64,000 bases of DNA from Candidatus Hinthialibacteria bacterium OLB16 (GTDB taxonomy: Bacteria; Hinthialibacterota; Hinthialibacteria; OLB16): NCBI GenBank assembly GCA_001567115.1, contig LMZT01000038.1, positions 9,530 through 73,529 of the forward strand. Direction: 5' to 3'. The position numbers were made by a program, and so were the translations under genes. Below the pieces are notes generated by a model that was given only the letters and a program-made list of their open reading frames with translations, had not been told where the DNA came from and ran no database searches. Shown piece by piece: positions 40,581-50,096 of the stretch; within the stretch, counting starts at the first letter, position 1; every line of letters begins with the position of its first letter.

Positions 40581-41858
40581 ATGGCAAGCGTTCCGCTCCA
40601 CTCAAGCCGGGTTGTCTCCAGGGGAAACGATAAGTTTCTTCAGCGGATCGTCTGTCAACTCGATGAAACCTACTCCCCCGAAGACCGTTCACGGTACACC
40701 CCCCCGGGCTTTGACCCCTCGTGGCATGGCCTGCGTGTCGGGACCGGTTCCGCCTCCTGGCAGGCAGTCGCCGGAATTGTCGAGGCCATTCAGGAAGCGG
40801 TCATGCCCGGCCTGTTTGTGGCTTCCTCAATACAACCACCGGATCGGATCGACCTCCACAACGAGCTCGAACGCCTGATTCCTCCCCTCCAATCCATTCT
40901 GCAGAGTTTTTTTCAGGTCGAGCTCGAGGATGCCACCAGCCGGGAATATGCCCATCTGGCTGCGCTGAACCTGATCGCCCATCTTCCTGCATTCCGCAGG
41001 CGTGCGCTCTGGAATGTGTTTGCCTCTCTCAAGGATCCGGCTCTGTGGGATGCTTTTCTGCTGCGGAATGAAGCACGCCGTGAGGACCTCGGAAATCTGG
41101 ATCTGCTGGCCGCCATCGACCAGGCGATCTATTCACGAAGGCAGGAGGATTACCTCGGCTTCCTCAGGGAGCATGGGTTTGAATACGCATTCTCTTACCA
41201 GCGCCGCCTGGTCAAACGCTCTTATCCCGGCTGGAAAGCCCTGCTGCTGCATGATATCGCCCATACGCTTGCCCTCGGGGGTTTCATCGAGGACCTGGAT
41301 CAGCAGGCCCCGCCGACTCCTTTTCTCCCGAGAGTCATCGCCGAATACGCCGCCAGCCTCTACCAGACTGACATGCACCCGGAAACAGTCATCGGGGATG
41401 CCACCTTCCTCGAGCACCCGCATCGCGGCATTACCACCGGCCAGACCGGACGGATCGGGGTGGGTTGTGTGATTTACCCCTGCACTCTGGGCGGGATTAC
41501 CGACAAGGTGAAACCACGCCATCCCCTGATCGGTGATTTCGTTCTGATCGGAACAGATGTGGGCATCTTCGGGCCGGTCGTGGTTTCAAATGGGTCCGTG
41601 ATCGGGGCGAACACCGAAATCAATGGCCTGATCGAAATTCACGAACGGGTGCGGATCCGTGCGGCTGTCGTGGCGCGGACTGTCATTTCCGAAAGCGGCA
41701 AACCGGGACGAATTGTCTTCGGTGAAGGTGTTACCGTCGGCGAAGAGTGCCTGGTCATCAATGATCAACCGGCTGACCTGGTCATTCCACCCGGGGCGAA
41801 CCTGCCGGCTGGCTCCCATGTGGTCAATGATGGAAATGGCGGGATGAGAATCCTCTGA
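40581..41858 (+). CDS. Hexapeptide-repeat acyltransferase of the serine O-acetyltransferase (CysE) type with an unusually long (~290 aa) N-terminal helical extension.
   Basis: C-terminal region ETVIGDATFLEHPHRGITTGQTGRIGVGCVIYPCTLGGITDKVKPRHPLIGDFVLIGTDVGIFGPVVVSNGSVIGANTEI parallels the SAT catalytic beta-helix (IHPGA..IDHG.GVVIGETA...GVTLGG...RHPT). Start chosen at ATG 40581, 11 nt after GGGAGG. Confidence 0.5.
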   Translation: MASVPLHSSRVVSRGNDKFLQRIVCQLDETYSPEDRSRYTPPGFDPSWHGLRVGTGSASWQAVAGIVEAIQEAVMPGLFVASSIQPPDRIDLHNELERLIPPLQSILQSFFQVELEDATSREYAHLAALNLIAHLPAFRRRALWNVFASLKDPALWDAFLLRNEARREDLGNLDLLAAIDQAIYSRRQEDYLGFLREHGFEYAFSYQRRLVKRSYPGWKALLLHDIAHTLALGGFIEDLDQQAPPTPFLPRVIAEYAASLYQTDMHPETVIGDATFLEHPHRGITTGQTGRIGVGCVIYPCTLGGITDKVKPRHPLIGDFVLIGTDVGIFGPVVVSNGSVIGANTEINGLIEIHERVRIRAAVVARTVISESGKPGRIVFGEGVTVGEECLVINDQPADLVIPPGANLPAGSHVVNDGNGGMRIL

Positions 41859-41885
41859 CTCCCATCCCCTCCCTGTTATCATCTC

Positions 41886-43305
41886 TCAACGTTTCTTTTT
41901 CTTCGCCGGCTTGCGTGTGAGGTTTGGCTGGGTCATGGCGATCGGGTCGAGCACCTCTTTGAGCTGCTCCCGGGAAAGGTATCCCTGTTCGAGAATCACC
42001 TCCGGGATCGGTTTGCGTGTCTTCAGGCTTTCCTTGACCACTGCTGCAGCCTTGTCATAGCCAATATAAGGATTCAGGGCGGTGGCGATGCTGGGGCTGT
42101 TTTCGACATACCAGCGGCACCTCTCCACATTGGCGGTGATGCCATCCACACATTTGCGTGCCAGATGGAGCGCCGCCTGAGTCAGGATATCCAGCGATTC
42201 GAGCAGGTTCGATCCCAGCACCGGCATGTGCGTATTCAGCTCCAGCTGTCCGGCGGCCGCAGCCGCAGAAACTGCCGCATCATTGCCGATCACCTGGATG
42301 CACACCATGTTGACCGCTTCGCAGATGGATGGATTGATCTTCCCAGGCATGATCGAAGAACCCGGCTCGACCGCAGGCAGGGAAATTTCATTCAGTCCGG
42401 TGTTCGGGCCTGAAACCATCAGCCGCAGGTCATTGCACAGCTTTCCGATGTCGATGGCGGTGAGGCGCAGCACGGCGGAGAGATGCGCCATGTCCGTCAG
42501 GTACTGCGTGGTCTCCATCGGATCGGCAGGCACCTCATACTTCCGCCCGGTTATTTTCGAAAGGTGCTTCATGATCAATGGCCGAAATTCGGCATAAGTG
42601 TTCAATCCGGTTCCGATGGCGTTCCCTCCCACTCCCAGGCAGCGCAGGAATTTGTCGGTGTCCCGGATGCGCTCGAGGTCCTTTTTCAGGGCCGATGCAT
42701 GGGCCTGAAAGGCCTGGCCGAGTGTGACTGGAACCGCATCCTGCAGGTGGGTGCGGCCGCTTTTCACAATGCGCTTGAACTGGCGGGCCTTTTTTCTCCA
42801 GCGATCCGACCAGGGCCTTGAGCGCATCCAGCAGGCCTTTGGAAAGATCCAGTCCCGCCACACGTATCGAGGAGGGGAATACATTGTTCGTGGACTGCCC
42901 CTTGTTGACATCATCGTTGGGATGGACCAGTCCTCGATCTCCGCGTTTGCCACCCATCCTTTCAGCGGCACGGTACGCTATGACTTCATTGATGTTCATG
43001 TTGCTTGAAGTTCCGGATCCCGCCTGGAAAATATCCAGCGGCAGGGCTTCATGATGCTTTCCTTCCGCGATCTCTTTGCAGGCTGCGATGATCGCTTCCC
43101 CTTTCTTCTTATCGAGGATTCCGAGCTCCATGTTGGCCAGCGCGCAGGCCTGCTTGATCTGTGCGAGAGCGCGAATCTGGGCAGTGTGAAGCCGGCGGCT
43201 GCTGATCTCAAAGTTGTGGATCGAGCGCTGTGTGTGAACTCCGTAAAGGGCATTAGCGGGAACCTGAAGCTCTCCGAGTGAATCCTTTTCGATTCGTGTG
43301 GCCAT
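41886..43305 (-). CDS. fumC: Class II fumarate hydratase (FumC), split into two ORF-track fragments by an apparent extra base in an A6 run (+ strand T6 at 42790-42795).
   Basis: MATRIEKDSLGELQVPANALYGVHTQRS...VHPNDDVNKGQSTNNVFPSS in fragment 1. KSGRTHLQDAVPVTLGQ...GSSIMPGKINPSICEAVNMVCIQVIGND...LNPYIGYDKAA in fragment 2. The junction LVGSLEKK|ARQFKRIV is restored by reading A5. Confidence 0.85.
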
Positions 43306-43515
43306 GAAGAATCCTCCGAGTGTGTTTGGGGCCTGTTGCGGCAGACCGATGAGGTCATCTCCAGGGAATTCAATTCACCCGATGGCTCTCAATCCCCTGA
43401 AGGTGAACCCACATTAACGGGGGAGTGTATTTCTGTCCAGAAGTAGGGGCGCCACGGGTGGCGCCCAAAATTCTTTTCGTGCCCGAAACCCCGATCACAA
43501 TTCGGAGTGCCACTG

Positions 43516-43540
43516 GATTCCCGCTTTCGCGGGAATGACG
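43516..43540. repeat. REP-like palindromic element GGATTCCCGCtttcGCGGGAATGACG, followed by three imperfect tandem GGGAATGACGATGR units.
   Basis: Near-identical to the 27191-27216 copy. Generates the spurious ORF MPLDSRFRGNDD (43507-43689). Confidence 0.55.
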
Positions 43541-43585
43541 ATGAAGGGAATGACGATGGAGGGACCGCGAATGACGGAGAAGGCC

Positions 43586-43620
43586 GTCATCCCCGGCTCG
43601 ACCGGGGATCCAGACTGGAT
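43586..43620. repeat. Second palindromic unit GTCATCCCCGGctcgaCCGGGGATCCAGACTGGAT in the same intergenic repeat cluster.
   Basis: TCCCCGG/CCGGGGA inverted repeat. Shares GTCAT and CTGGATTC flanks with the other copies. Confidence 0.4.
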
Positions 43621-43803
43621 TCATGTTCTCCCGGCAATATGAGCAGCGAACCTCAATTCGAAGTTGACACCTGCCTGAACCATTCGTAGCATCGAACCCG
43701 TTACAGACTTCCCCATGGGGCCTGTTCCGGTTATTTTCCCGCTTCATGACTCAGCCGAGTTTTGCTGAGTAAAAACAAACAATTCAACCGGGAGGAAGCG
43801 ACA

Positions 43804-45297
43804 GTGAATCTGTTCACCGAATTTGAGAAATCCGCCCAGGCACATGCCGATCTGGTCTGCATCACTTATGAAGACCAGGACTATTCATTCGCCCGGATTC
43901 TGTCCTCATCCAAAAGGCTGGCGGCCAGGCTGCTCGAGATTGCTCCAGGCAACTCCAGTGAGGCGGAAAACCACATCGCTCTCCTCGCTCCAAATCTGCC
44001 TGGTTTTGTGATCGGGTTTTATGGAACCCTGGCAGCCAGCAAAACCACAGTCCCTCTCAATTTTCTGCTCAACCCGAATGAGATCATGACTATCGGAGCA
44101 CATGCCGGCATCCGCACCATCATCGCCGCGGGACCTTTTTATGAAAAAGCCACCGAGATGGCTCAGACACTGCCGATTACAGTCATTCGGGCTGAGGATT
44201 ACCTCGATGATGGCCCTGCTCCGGATCTGCCGGCTGTGACACGGGGGGATGATGACACCGCGGTTCTCATGTACACCTCCGGCACCACAGGAACTCCAAA
44301 GGGAGTCGAACTGACCCATGCCAACATCTATGACAATTACAACAGTGTGAAGGATGCCTGGCCTTTCCATACCGGCAATTCATTCATCTGTGTGCTGCCT
44401 CTTTTCCATTCCTTCGGGATGCTGGCCAAATTGATTCTGCCGAACTTCCTGGGGGCGCGTGTGGTCCTGGTGCCGCAATTCGCCCCTCAGAAACTGGCCG
44501 AGTATTTCAATACTTATCCGGAGTGCATCTTTTTCGCAGTCGCTCCGATGTTCAATGTCCTGGCCCTCCTGGCCCGCACCAAGGGATTGAAATATCCCAA
44601 TCTGCGCCTGTGCGTCACCGGCGCGGCAGCCTTGCCGATGAATATCAAAAACCACTGGGAGAGTGTGACTGGAATCGATCTCTACCAGGGGTATGGATTG
44701 ACCGAGGCCAGCCCTGCGGTGAGTTTCAATCTGCCCGAGGCCCATGTTCCAGGAACCATCGGGCGTTCGATAAAAAATGTTGAAGTTCAAATATGGGATG
44801 ATGACAACCACCTTCTCCCCAATGGTGAGATCGGTGAGCTGATGGTACGTGGGAAGAATGTCATGAAGGACTATTACAAAAATCCGGAAGAAACCGCTCG
44901 AACCATCACCCCTGATGGCTGGCTGCACACCGGTGACCTGGCAAAGATGGATGACCAGGGATACATCACCATCGCCGGACGCAAGAAGGAGCTGATCATC
45001 TCCGCCGGGGAAAACATATACCCGCTGGAAATCGAGGATGTGCTCCTGTCCCATCCGGCGGTGAATGAAGCGGCGGTGATCGGGGTGCCTCATCCCAGCA
45101 AAGGAGAAGAACCGAAGGCCTATGTGGCCCCGGTCCCGGGGATGAGTGTGGATGTGGCCGAACTGCGCGCGCTCTGCCGGGAGAAACTGGCATCATTCAA
45201 GGTTCCGGGAGACTTCGAGATCCGTGAATCCCTTCCAAAAGGGCCGACCGGGAAGCTTCTCAAACGAGTCCTGGAGGCCGAAATCGGCAAAGGCTGA
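43804..45297 (+). CDS. AMP-dependent synthetase/ligase (long-chain fatty-acid-CoA ligase-like, ANL superfamily).
   Basis: AMP-binding signature LMYTSGTTGTPKGVELTH. Downstream A8 motif (ITIAGRKKELIISAGENIYP) and A10 lysine (PKGPTGKLLKR). GTG start 8 nt after GGGAGG. The ORF-track ATG at 43762 is a possible alternative. Confidence 0.8.
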   Translation: MNLFTEFEKSAQAHADLVCITYEDQDYSFARILSSSKRLAARLLEIAPGNSSEAENHIALLAPNLPGFVIGFYGTLAASKTTVPLNFLLNPNEIMTIGAHAGIRTIIAAGPFYEKATEMAQTLPITVIRAEDYLDDGPAPDLPAVTRGDDDTAVLMYTSGTTGTPKGVELTHANIYDNYNSVKDAWPFHTGNSFICVLPLFHSFGMLAKLILPNFLGARVVLVPQFAPQKLAEYFNTYPECIFFAVAPMFNVLALLARTKGLKYPNLRLCVTGAAALPMNIKNHWESVTGIDLYQGYGLTEASPAVSFNLPEAHVPGTIGRSIKNVEVQIWDDDNHLLPNGEIGELMVRGKNVMKDYYKNPEETARTITPDGWLHTGDLAKMDDQGYITIAGRKKELIISAGENIYPLEIEDVLLSHPAVNEAAVIGVPHPSKGEEPKAYVAPVPGMSVDVAELRALCREKLASFKVPGDFEIRESLPKGPTGKLLKRVLEAEIGKG

Positions 45298-45386
45298 TCC
45301 GTGATTTTTTCAGCTCCCTGGAAGGATTGACAAACAGGGGAGATCTTTTTAGTTTCGCTTTTTTGTGGTATTTGTATTCACAAAGT

Positions 45387-45463
45387 GGGCGCTTAGCTCA
45401 GCTGGCTAGAGTACTTCCTTGACATGGAAGGGGTCACTGGTTCAAGTCCAGTAGCGCCCACCA
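45387..45463 (+). tRNA. tRNA-Val (anticodon GAC), CCA encoded.
   Basis: Cloverleaf read by eye. Acceptor GGGCGCT/AGCGCCC, D arm GCTC-AGCTGGCTA-GAGT, anticodon arm CTTCC-TTGACAT-GGAAG, T arm ACTGG-TTCAAGT-CCAGT, discriminator A plus CCA. Confidence 0.85.
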
Positions 45464-45597
45464 CGAATCCCCGGAGCATCCAACACCCATTTCCTGCCTC
45501 CGTGGGCCGGGAACGGGTTCTTTGTTTTCCTCCCGGCTTTCAGGATGATGGATCCAATGAGTTTCCGGGCGAATTTCGTGCCAGGAAACTGTTAATT

Positions 45598-47580
45598 ATG
45601 GCAAGTGAACCAACAGTCCAGAACATGATCTCACTCACACTGCCGGATGGTTCGATCCGTGAAGTGGCCGAGGGGACGACCGGTCTGCAGTTTGCCCAGT
45701 CGATTGGCAAACGGCTGGCGGGGGATGCCCTTGCGATTTCGCTGAATGGGCGAACCACCGACCTGAATATCCCATTGACCGCCTCTTCCGAAATCAGAAT
45801 CCTGACTTTCAAGGATCCGGAGGGGCGTGCGGTATTGCGCCATAGCTGCGGTCATGTCATGGCGCAGGCGGTGATGGATCTCTTCCCGGGCGCCGCGCCT
45901 GCCGCCGGTGATTGGGCTGATGAACGCTACTTTTATGATTTCCAGGTTTCACGCCCGTTTACTGCAGAGGATCTCCAGAAGATCGAGCAACGGATGACGG
46001 AAATCTGCCAGGCGGATGTTCCATTCAAACGAATGGAGCTCCCCGCCGATCAGGCCCTTCAGGCACTGGGTTCCACACGCAACCTTTTCAAGGAAGAGAT
46101 TATCGGTGACCTGGCTGGCCAGGGCCAGGTGATCTCCTGCTACAGCCAGGGAGACTGGGTGGATCTGTGCCTGGGAGCGCATGTCCCTTCCACTGGAAAA
46201 ATCGCCGCCTTCAAGCTGCTCATGACCGCCGGAGCCTACTGGCATGGCGATGAATCCAATCCGCAGCTCCAGCGGATCTACCTGACTGCTTTCCCTTCCC
46301 GGAAAGAGCTGGATGAATACCTCTCTCAGATCGAGGAAGCGAAAAAGAGGGATCACCGCAAACTCGGGCAGGAACTCGACCTGTTCACCATCTCCAGCGA
46401 TGTCGGCAGCGGCCTGGTGCTCTGGATGCCGAAAGGGGCGGCACTCAGGTTTGAACTCGAAACCTTTCTTCGCGGAAAACTGGTCGAATATGGTTATCAG
46501 ACAGTCTATACCCCCCATATCGGGAAGCTGGACCTGTACCGGACCAGCGGCCATTTCCCTTATTACAAAGATTCTCAGTTCCCTCCCATTCACATGAATG
46601 AACATGGGGCCGAGGCAGAAGACTCCGAGGAGGGGTATCTGCTCAAACCGATGAACTGCCCGCATCATATCAAAATCTACGAAGCCACCCCGAAAAGCTA
46701 CCGGGATCTCCCCTATCGCCTGGCGGAGTTCGGCACTGTCTACCGTTACGAGCAGTCGGGAGAACTTTCCGGCATGACTCGAGTGCGTGGATTCACCCAG
46801 GACGATGCGCATCTTTTTGTCACGCCCGACCAGCTCGAAGAGGAGCTGCAACGGACAGTCGATCTGGTTTTGTTTATCCTGCGCAGCCTGGATTTCAAGG
46901 ATTACCGGATTCGCTTCGGCAAACGGGATCCCCAGAGTGAGAAGTTTGGCGGTTCAGCCGGCCTCTGGGACCGTGCGGAATCCAATATCCGCAATGTGCT
47001 GCGCGGAATGAATATGGATTTCTCTGAAGAAGCGGGTGAAGCCGCTTTTTATGGGCCGAAAATTGACTTCGTGGTGCGCGACTGCCTGAACCGTGAATGG
47101 CAGCTCGGCACAGTCCAGGTGGACTATGTGCTGCCGGAACGTTTTGATCTGAAGTATATCGGTTCGGATGGAAGCCCGCATCGCCCGATCATGATCCATC
47201 GTGCCCCATTCGGTTCGCTCGAGCGGTTTGTCGGCATCCTGATCGAACATTTCGCCGGGGCTTTTCCAGCCTGGCTGGCGCCGGTCCAGGTCCGGATCCT
47301 GCCGGTTGTCGATGAGGTTTTACCCTATGCTGAAAAAGTGTATGCTGCCTGCCGCGCACATGGATTCCGGACCGAACTGGATTCACGCGCTGAAAAAATC
47401 GGTTATAAGATCCGTGCCGCTGAAACTGAAAAGGTTCCTTTCATGCTGGTTGTTGGCCGAAGGGAAGCCGAAAGCGGTTCGGTTTCACTCAGGAAAAGGA
47501 CCCAGGGAGATCTGGGAACCCTTCCTTTGGAAGAAACTATAGGTAAACTTCGCGGGGAGCTGGCCAGGCCAGCCGAATGA
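45598..47580 (+). CDS. thrS: Threonyl-tRNA synthetase.
   Basis: N-terminal TGS domain (MISLTLPDGSIREVAEGTTGLQFAQSIG). Class II aaRS core (HIGKLDLYRTSGHFPYY, RVRGFTQDDAHLF). C-terminal anticodon-binding domain. The ORF-track start at 45424 runs through the tRNA and is rejected. Confidence 0.85.
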   Translation: MASEPTVQNMISLTLPDGSIREVAEGTTGLQFAQSIGKRLAGDALAISLNGRTTDLNIPLTASSEIRILTFKDPEGRAVLRHSCGHVMAQAVMDLFPGAAPAAGDWADERYFYDFQVSRPFTAEDLQKIEQRMTEICQADVPFKRMELPADQALQALGSTRNLFKEEIIGDLAGQGQVISCYSQGDWVDLCLGAHVPSTGKIAAFKLLMTAGAYWHGDESNPQLQRIYLTAFPSRKELDEYLSQIEEAKKRDHRKLGQELDLFTISSDVGSGLVLWMPKGAALRFELETFLRGKLVEYGYQTVYTPHIGKLDLYRTSGHFPYYKDSQFPPIHMNEHGAEAEDSEEGYLLKPMNCPHHIKIYEATPKSYRDLPYRLAEFGTVYRYEQSGELSGMTRVRGFTQDDAHLFVTPDQLEEELQRTVDLVLFILRSLDFKDYRIRFGKRDPQSEKFGGSAGLWDRAESNIRNVLRGMNMDFSEEAGEAAFYGPKIDFVVRDCLNREWQLGTVQVDYVLPERFDLKYIGSDGSPHRPIMIHRAPFGSLERFVGILIEHFAGAFPAWLAPVQVRILPVVDEVLPYAEKVYAACRAHGFRTELDSRAEKIGYKIRAAETEKVPFMLVVGRREAESGSVSLRKRTQGDLGTLPLEETIGKLRGELARPAE

Positions 47581-47628
47581 GATTTTAGGTCGAGGAGGAA
47601 AACAGCGATCCTTAGGCGTCCACGTTTT

Positions 47629-48250
47629 GTGCAGGGGAAAATTCCCAAACCCAAAGACCGGATCAACTATGACATCCGCGAGTCCGAGGTTCGTCTGGTC
47701 GATGAAAATGGCCAGCATGTCGGGGTGATCAACACCCAGGAAGCCATCCGGCGGGCCGAAGCGGCGGGTCTGGATCTGGTGGAAGTATCTTCTGCTTCAA
47801 GACCGTATGTCTGCCGCATCATGGACTACGGCAACTATAAGTATGAACAGGCCAAGAAGCAGAAAGATGCGCGCCGGAAACAGCATGTCATTGATGTCAA
47901 AGAGGTGAAATTGCGGCCACGAATCGACGAGCACGATTATGAGGTTAAAATGAGGAATGCCCGCAAATTCATCCTGCAGAACGACAAAGTGAAATTCGTG
48001 GTCATGTTCCGGGGTCGTGAACGGAACCATTCGGAATTCGGAACGAAACTCCTCTCCCGGGTGATCGAAGAACTTCAGTCGATCGCCATTGTGGAATCCC
48101 GCCCCCAGTCGGAAGGGCGAAACCTGATCATGGTGCTCGCTCCGGATCCCGCGGGAGTGAAAGCCGAAAAGGCCAGGCTGGAGAAACTTAAAAAACTGGA
48201 GGAAAAGGAGGCCGCATCAAGCGCTGCTTCCCCCCAAAAGGAGTTCATAA
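47629..48250 (+). CDS. infC: Translation initiation factor IF-3. In the assembly it reads through, in frame, into rpmI (see findings). True start codon uncertain; non-canonical starts are usual for infC.
   Basis: KDRINYDIRESEVRLVDENGQHVGVINTQEAIRRAEAAGLDLVEVSSASRPYVCRIMDYGNYKYE...FRGRERNHSEFGTKLLSRVIEEL...IMVLAP. Confidence 0.8.
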
Positions 48251-48444
48251 TGAACAAGATGAAGACTCAACGGAGCGCAGCGAAGCGGTTTTCGCTGACA
48301 AAGAAGGGTAAGATCAAACGATCCAAGGCCTATCACAGCCACCTTCTGACTTCGAAAAACACCAAACGGAAACGCGGCCTGCGCAAGGCTACGTATATCT
48401 CCCCTTCGGATGAGGGGCGGGTCCGCCGCATGTTGGGATTGTAA
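48250..48444 (+). CDS. rpmI: 50S ribosomal protein L35.
   Basis: MNKMKTQRSAAKRFSLTKKGKIKRSKAYHSHLLTSKNTKRKRGLRKATYISPSDEGRVRRMLGL. Own RBS AAGGAG 7 nt upstream of the ATG. Confidence 0.8.
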   Translation: MNKMKTQRSAAKRFSLTKKGKIKRSKAYHSHLLTSKNTKRKRGLRKATYISPSDEGRVRRMLGL

Positions 48445-48509
48445 CACCGTCTGCCAGGAATCCATGATTCATGCAGGCTTTCATCACACGAACAGGAGCA
48501 TAAAAACGA

Positions 48510-48869
48510 ATGCCGCGCGCAACCAATAATCCGGCTTCGCGTCGTCGACGCAAGAAGATCATGACCCGGGCGAAAGGCTTCTTCTCCGGACGGAGAAAGC
48601 TTTATCGTTCCGCTCATGCCGCAGTCTGGAAGGCACTGGTGTATTCCTACCGGGATCGCCGTGTGCGGAAACGCGATTTCCGCGCCCTCTGGATTACACG
48701 CATCGGAGCGGCTGCCAGACTTGAAGGGATCAACTACAGCCAGCTGATGAATGGCTTGAGGAAAGCCGGCATCGAAATCGACCGGAAGACTCTGGCCTCT
48801 CTGGCGATTGAAGATTCCGCCGGTTTCCAGGCGGTGGTCGACAAAGCCAAAGCGGCGCTGGCTGCCTGA
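48510..48869 (+). CDS. rplT: 50S ribosomal protein L20.
   Basis: [65 protein letters not shown]... canonical L20. Confidence 0.9.
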   Translation: MPRATNNPASRRRRKKIMTRAKGFFSGRRKLYRSAHAAVWKALVYSYRDRRVRKRDFRALWITRIGAAARLEGINYSQLMNGLRKAGIEIDRKTLASLAIEDSAGFQAVVDKAKAALAA

Positions 48870-48908
48870 TTCCAGTCTTCACCCCCCGGGATGACATTCT
48901 GACCCCCG

Positions 48909-49955
48909 ATGGCAATTCTCTCCGGCGAACTTCAGAACCAGCTCGAATCCATCCGCCAGGAGGCCCTGGCGGAGCTTTCGGCTGCATCTGACCTGCGGGC
49001 GCTTGAAGAAGTTCGAATTCACTTTCTCGGGCGCAAGGGGAAAATCAAGGACCTTCTCAAAAGCCTCGGCTCACTGCCTCCCGATGAGCGTCCTCTGGTG
49101 GGTGCCCAGGTCAACCGGCTTCACGATGAAGTCGAACTTGAACTGAACAACACCAGGATAAACCTTGAAGAAAAAGCCCTCGAAGCACGTCTCGCCGGTG
49201 AAAAAATCGATATCTCCCTCCCGGGCCGTGATGCGGATATCGGCGCCTTTCACCCGGTCAGCCTGATTATCGACGAAATCGCCTCCCTGTTCCTGCGGAT
49301 GGGATATGATGTCTATGATGACCGTGAAATCGAAACCGATTACTACAACTTCGAAGCCCTGAACTTCCCGGCGGATCATCCCGCTCGCGATATGCAGGAC
49401 ACCTTCTTTCTGGATGGGGGCCTGCTGCTGCGGTCCCATACTTCCAATGGGCAGATCCACTACATGGAGAATCACAAGCCGCCCCTCAAAGTGATTGTTC
49501 CCGGGCGGGTTTACCGGCGTGACAGCGACCCAACCCATCTGCCCATGTTTCACCAGGTTGAAGGCCTGGTGGTAGGCAAAGGTGTTTCCATGGCCAACCT
49601 CAAATGGACCCTCGAGACCATGATGAAAGCGCTCTTCGGACCTGATTCAACCCTGCGTCTGCGTCCCAGCTTTTTCCCTTTCACCGAACCAAGCGCCGAA
49701 GTCGATATGTGGTTCGACACCGGAAACGGGCAGGGGCGCTGGCTTGAAATGGGCGGGGCGGGCCTGGTCCATCCCAATGTCCTGCTGGCCTGCCAGATCG
49801 ATCCGGAAGAGTGGAGCGGCTTCGCTTTTGGAATGGGAGTCGAACGGCTTGCCATGATCCGATACCGGGTTCCGGACATTCGCATGTTCTACGAAAACGA
49901 TGTGCGTGTGCTCGAGCAGTTCCGTGGTGCACGCCGTTATTCGGCTTTCTCCTGA
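48909..49955 (+). CDS. pheS: Phenylalanyl-tRNA synthetase alpha subunit.
   Basis: FNFEALNFPADHPARDMQDTFF, GRVYRRDSDPTHLPMFHQVEGLVVG, FPFTEPSAEVD class II motifs. pheT does not follow in this window. Confidence 0.9.
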   Translation: MAILSGELQNQLESIRQEALAELSAASDLRALEEVRIHFLGRKGKIKDLLKSLGSLPPDERPLVGAQVNRLHDEVELELNNTRINLEEKALEARLAGEKIDISLPGRDADIGAFHPVSLIIDEIASLFLRMGYDVYDDREIETDYYNFEALNFPADHPARDMQDTFFLDGGLLLRSHTSNGQIHYMENHKPPLKVIVPGRVYRRDSDPTHLPMFHQVEGLVVGKGVSMANLKWTLETMMKALFGPDSTLRLRPSFFPFTEPSAEVDMWFDTGNGQGRWLEMGGAGLVHPNVLLACQIDPEEWSGFAFGMGVERLAMIRYRVPDIRMFYENDVRVLEQFRGARRYSAFS

Positions 49956-50096
49956 TCCTTCCTGACAAATCATGCCTGGTGAGAGGTCAGCTGACCCCGG
50001 GATGACCGGGTATCCGGAAGTGTGTTCATGGGTTAATATGAAAGTGCTGAATACAGAAGTTCAGAAATACGCTCCACAATCCTTCCGGCTTGCTTC

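Noticed and set aside
45424-45597. N-terminal 58 codons of the track thrS ORF (MEGVTGSSPVAPTT...)
   Set aside because: This stretch overlaps the tRNA-Val gene on the same strand. The authentic ThrRS TGS domain begins at ATG 45598.
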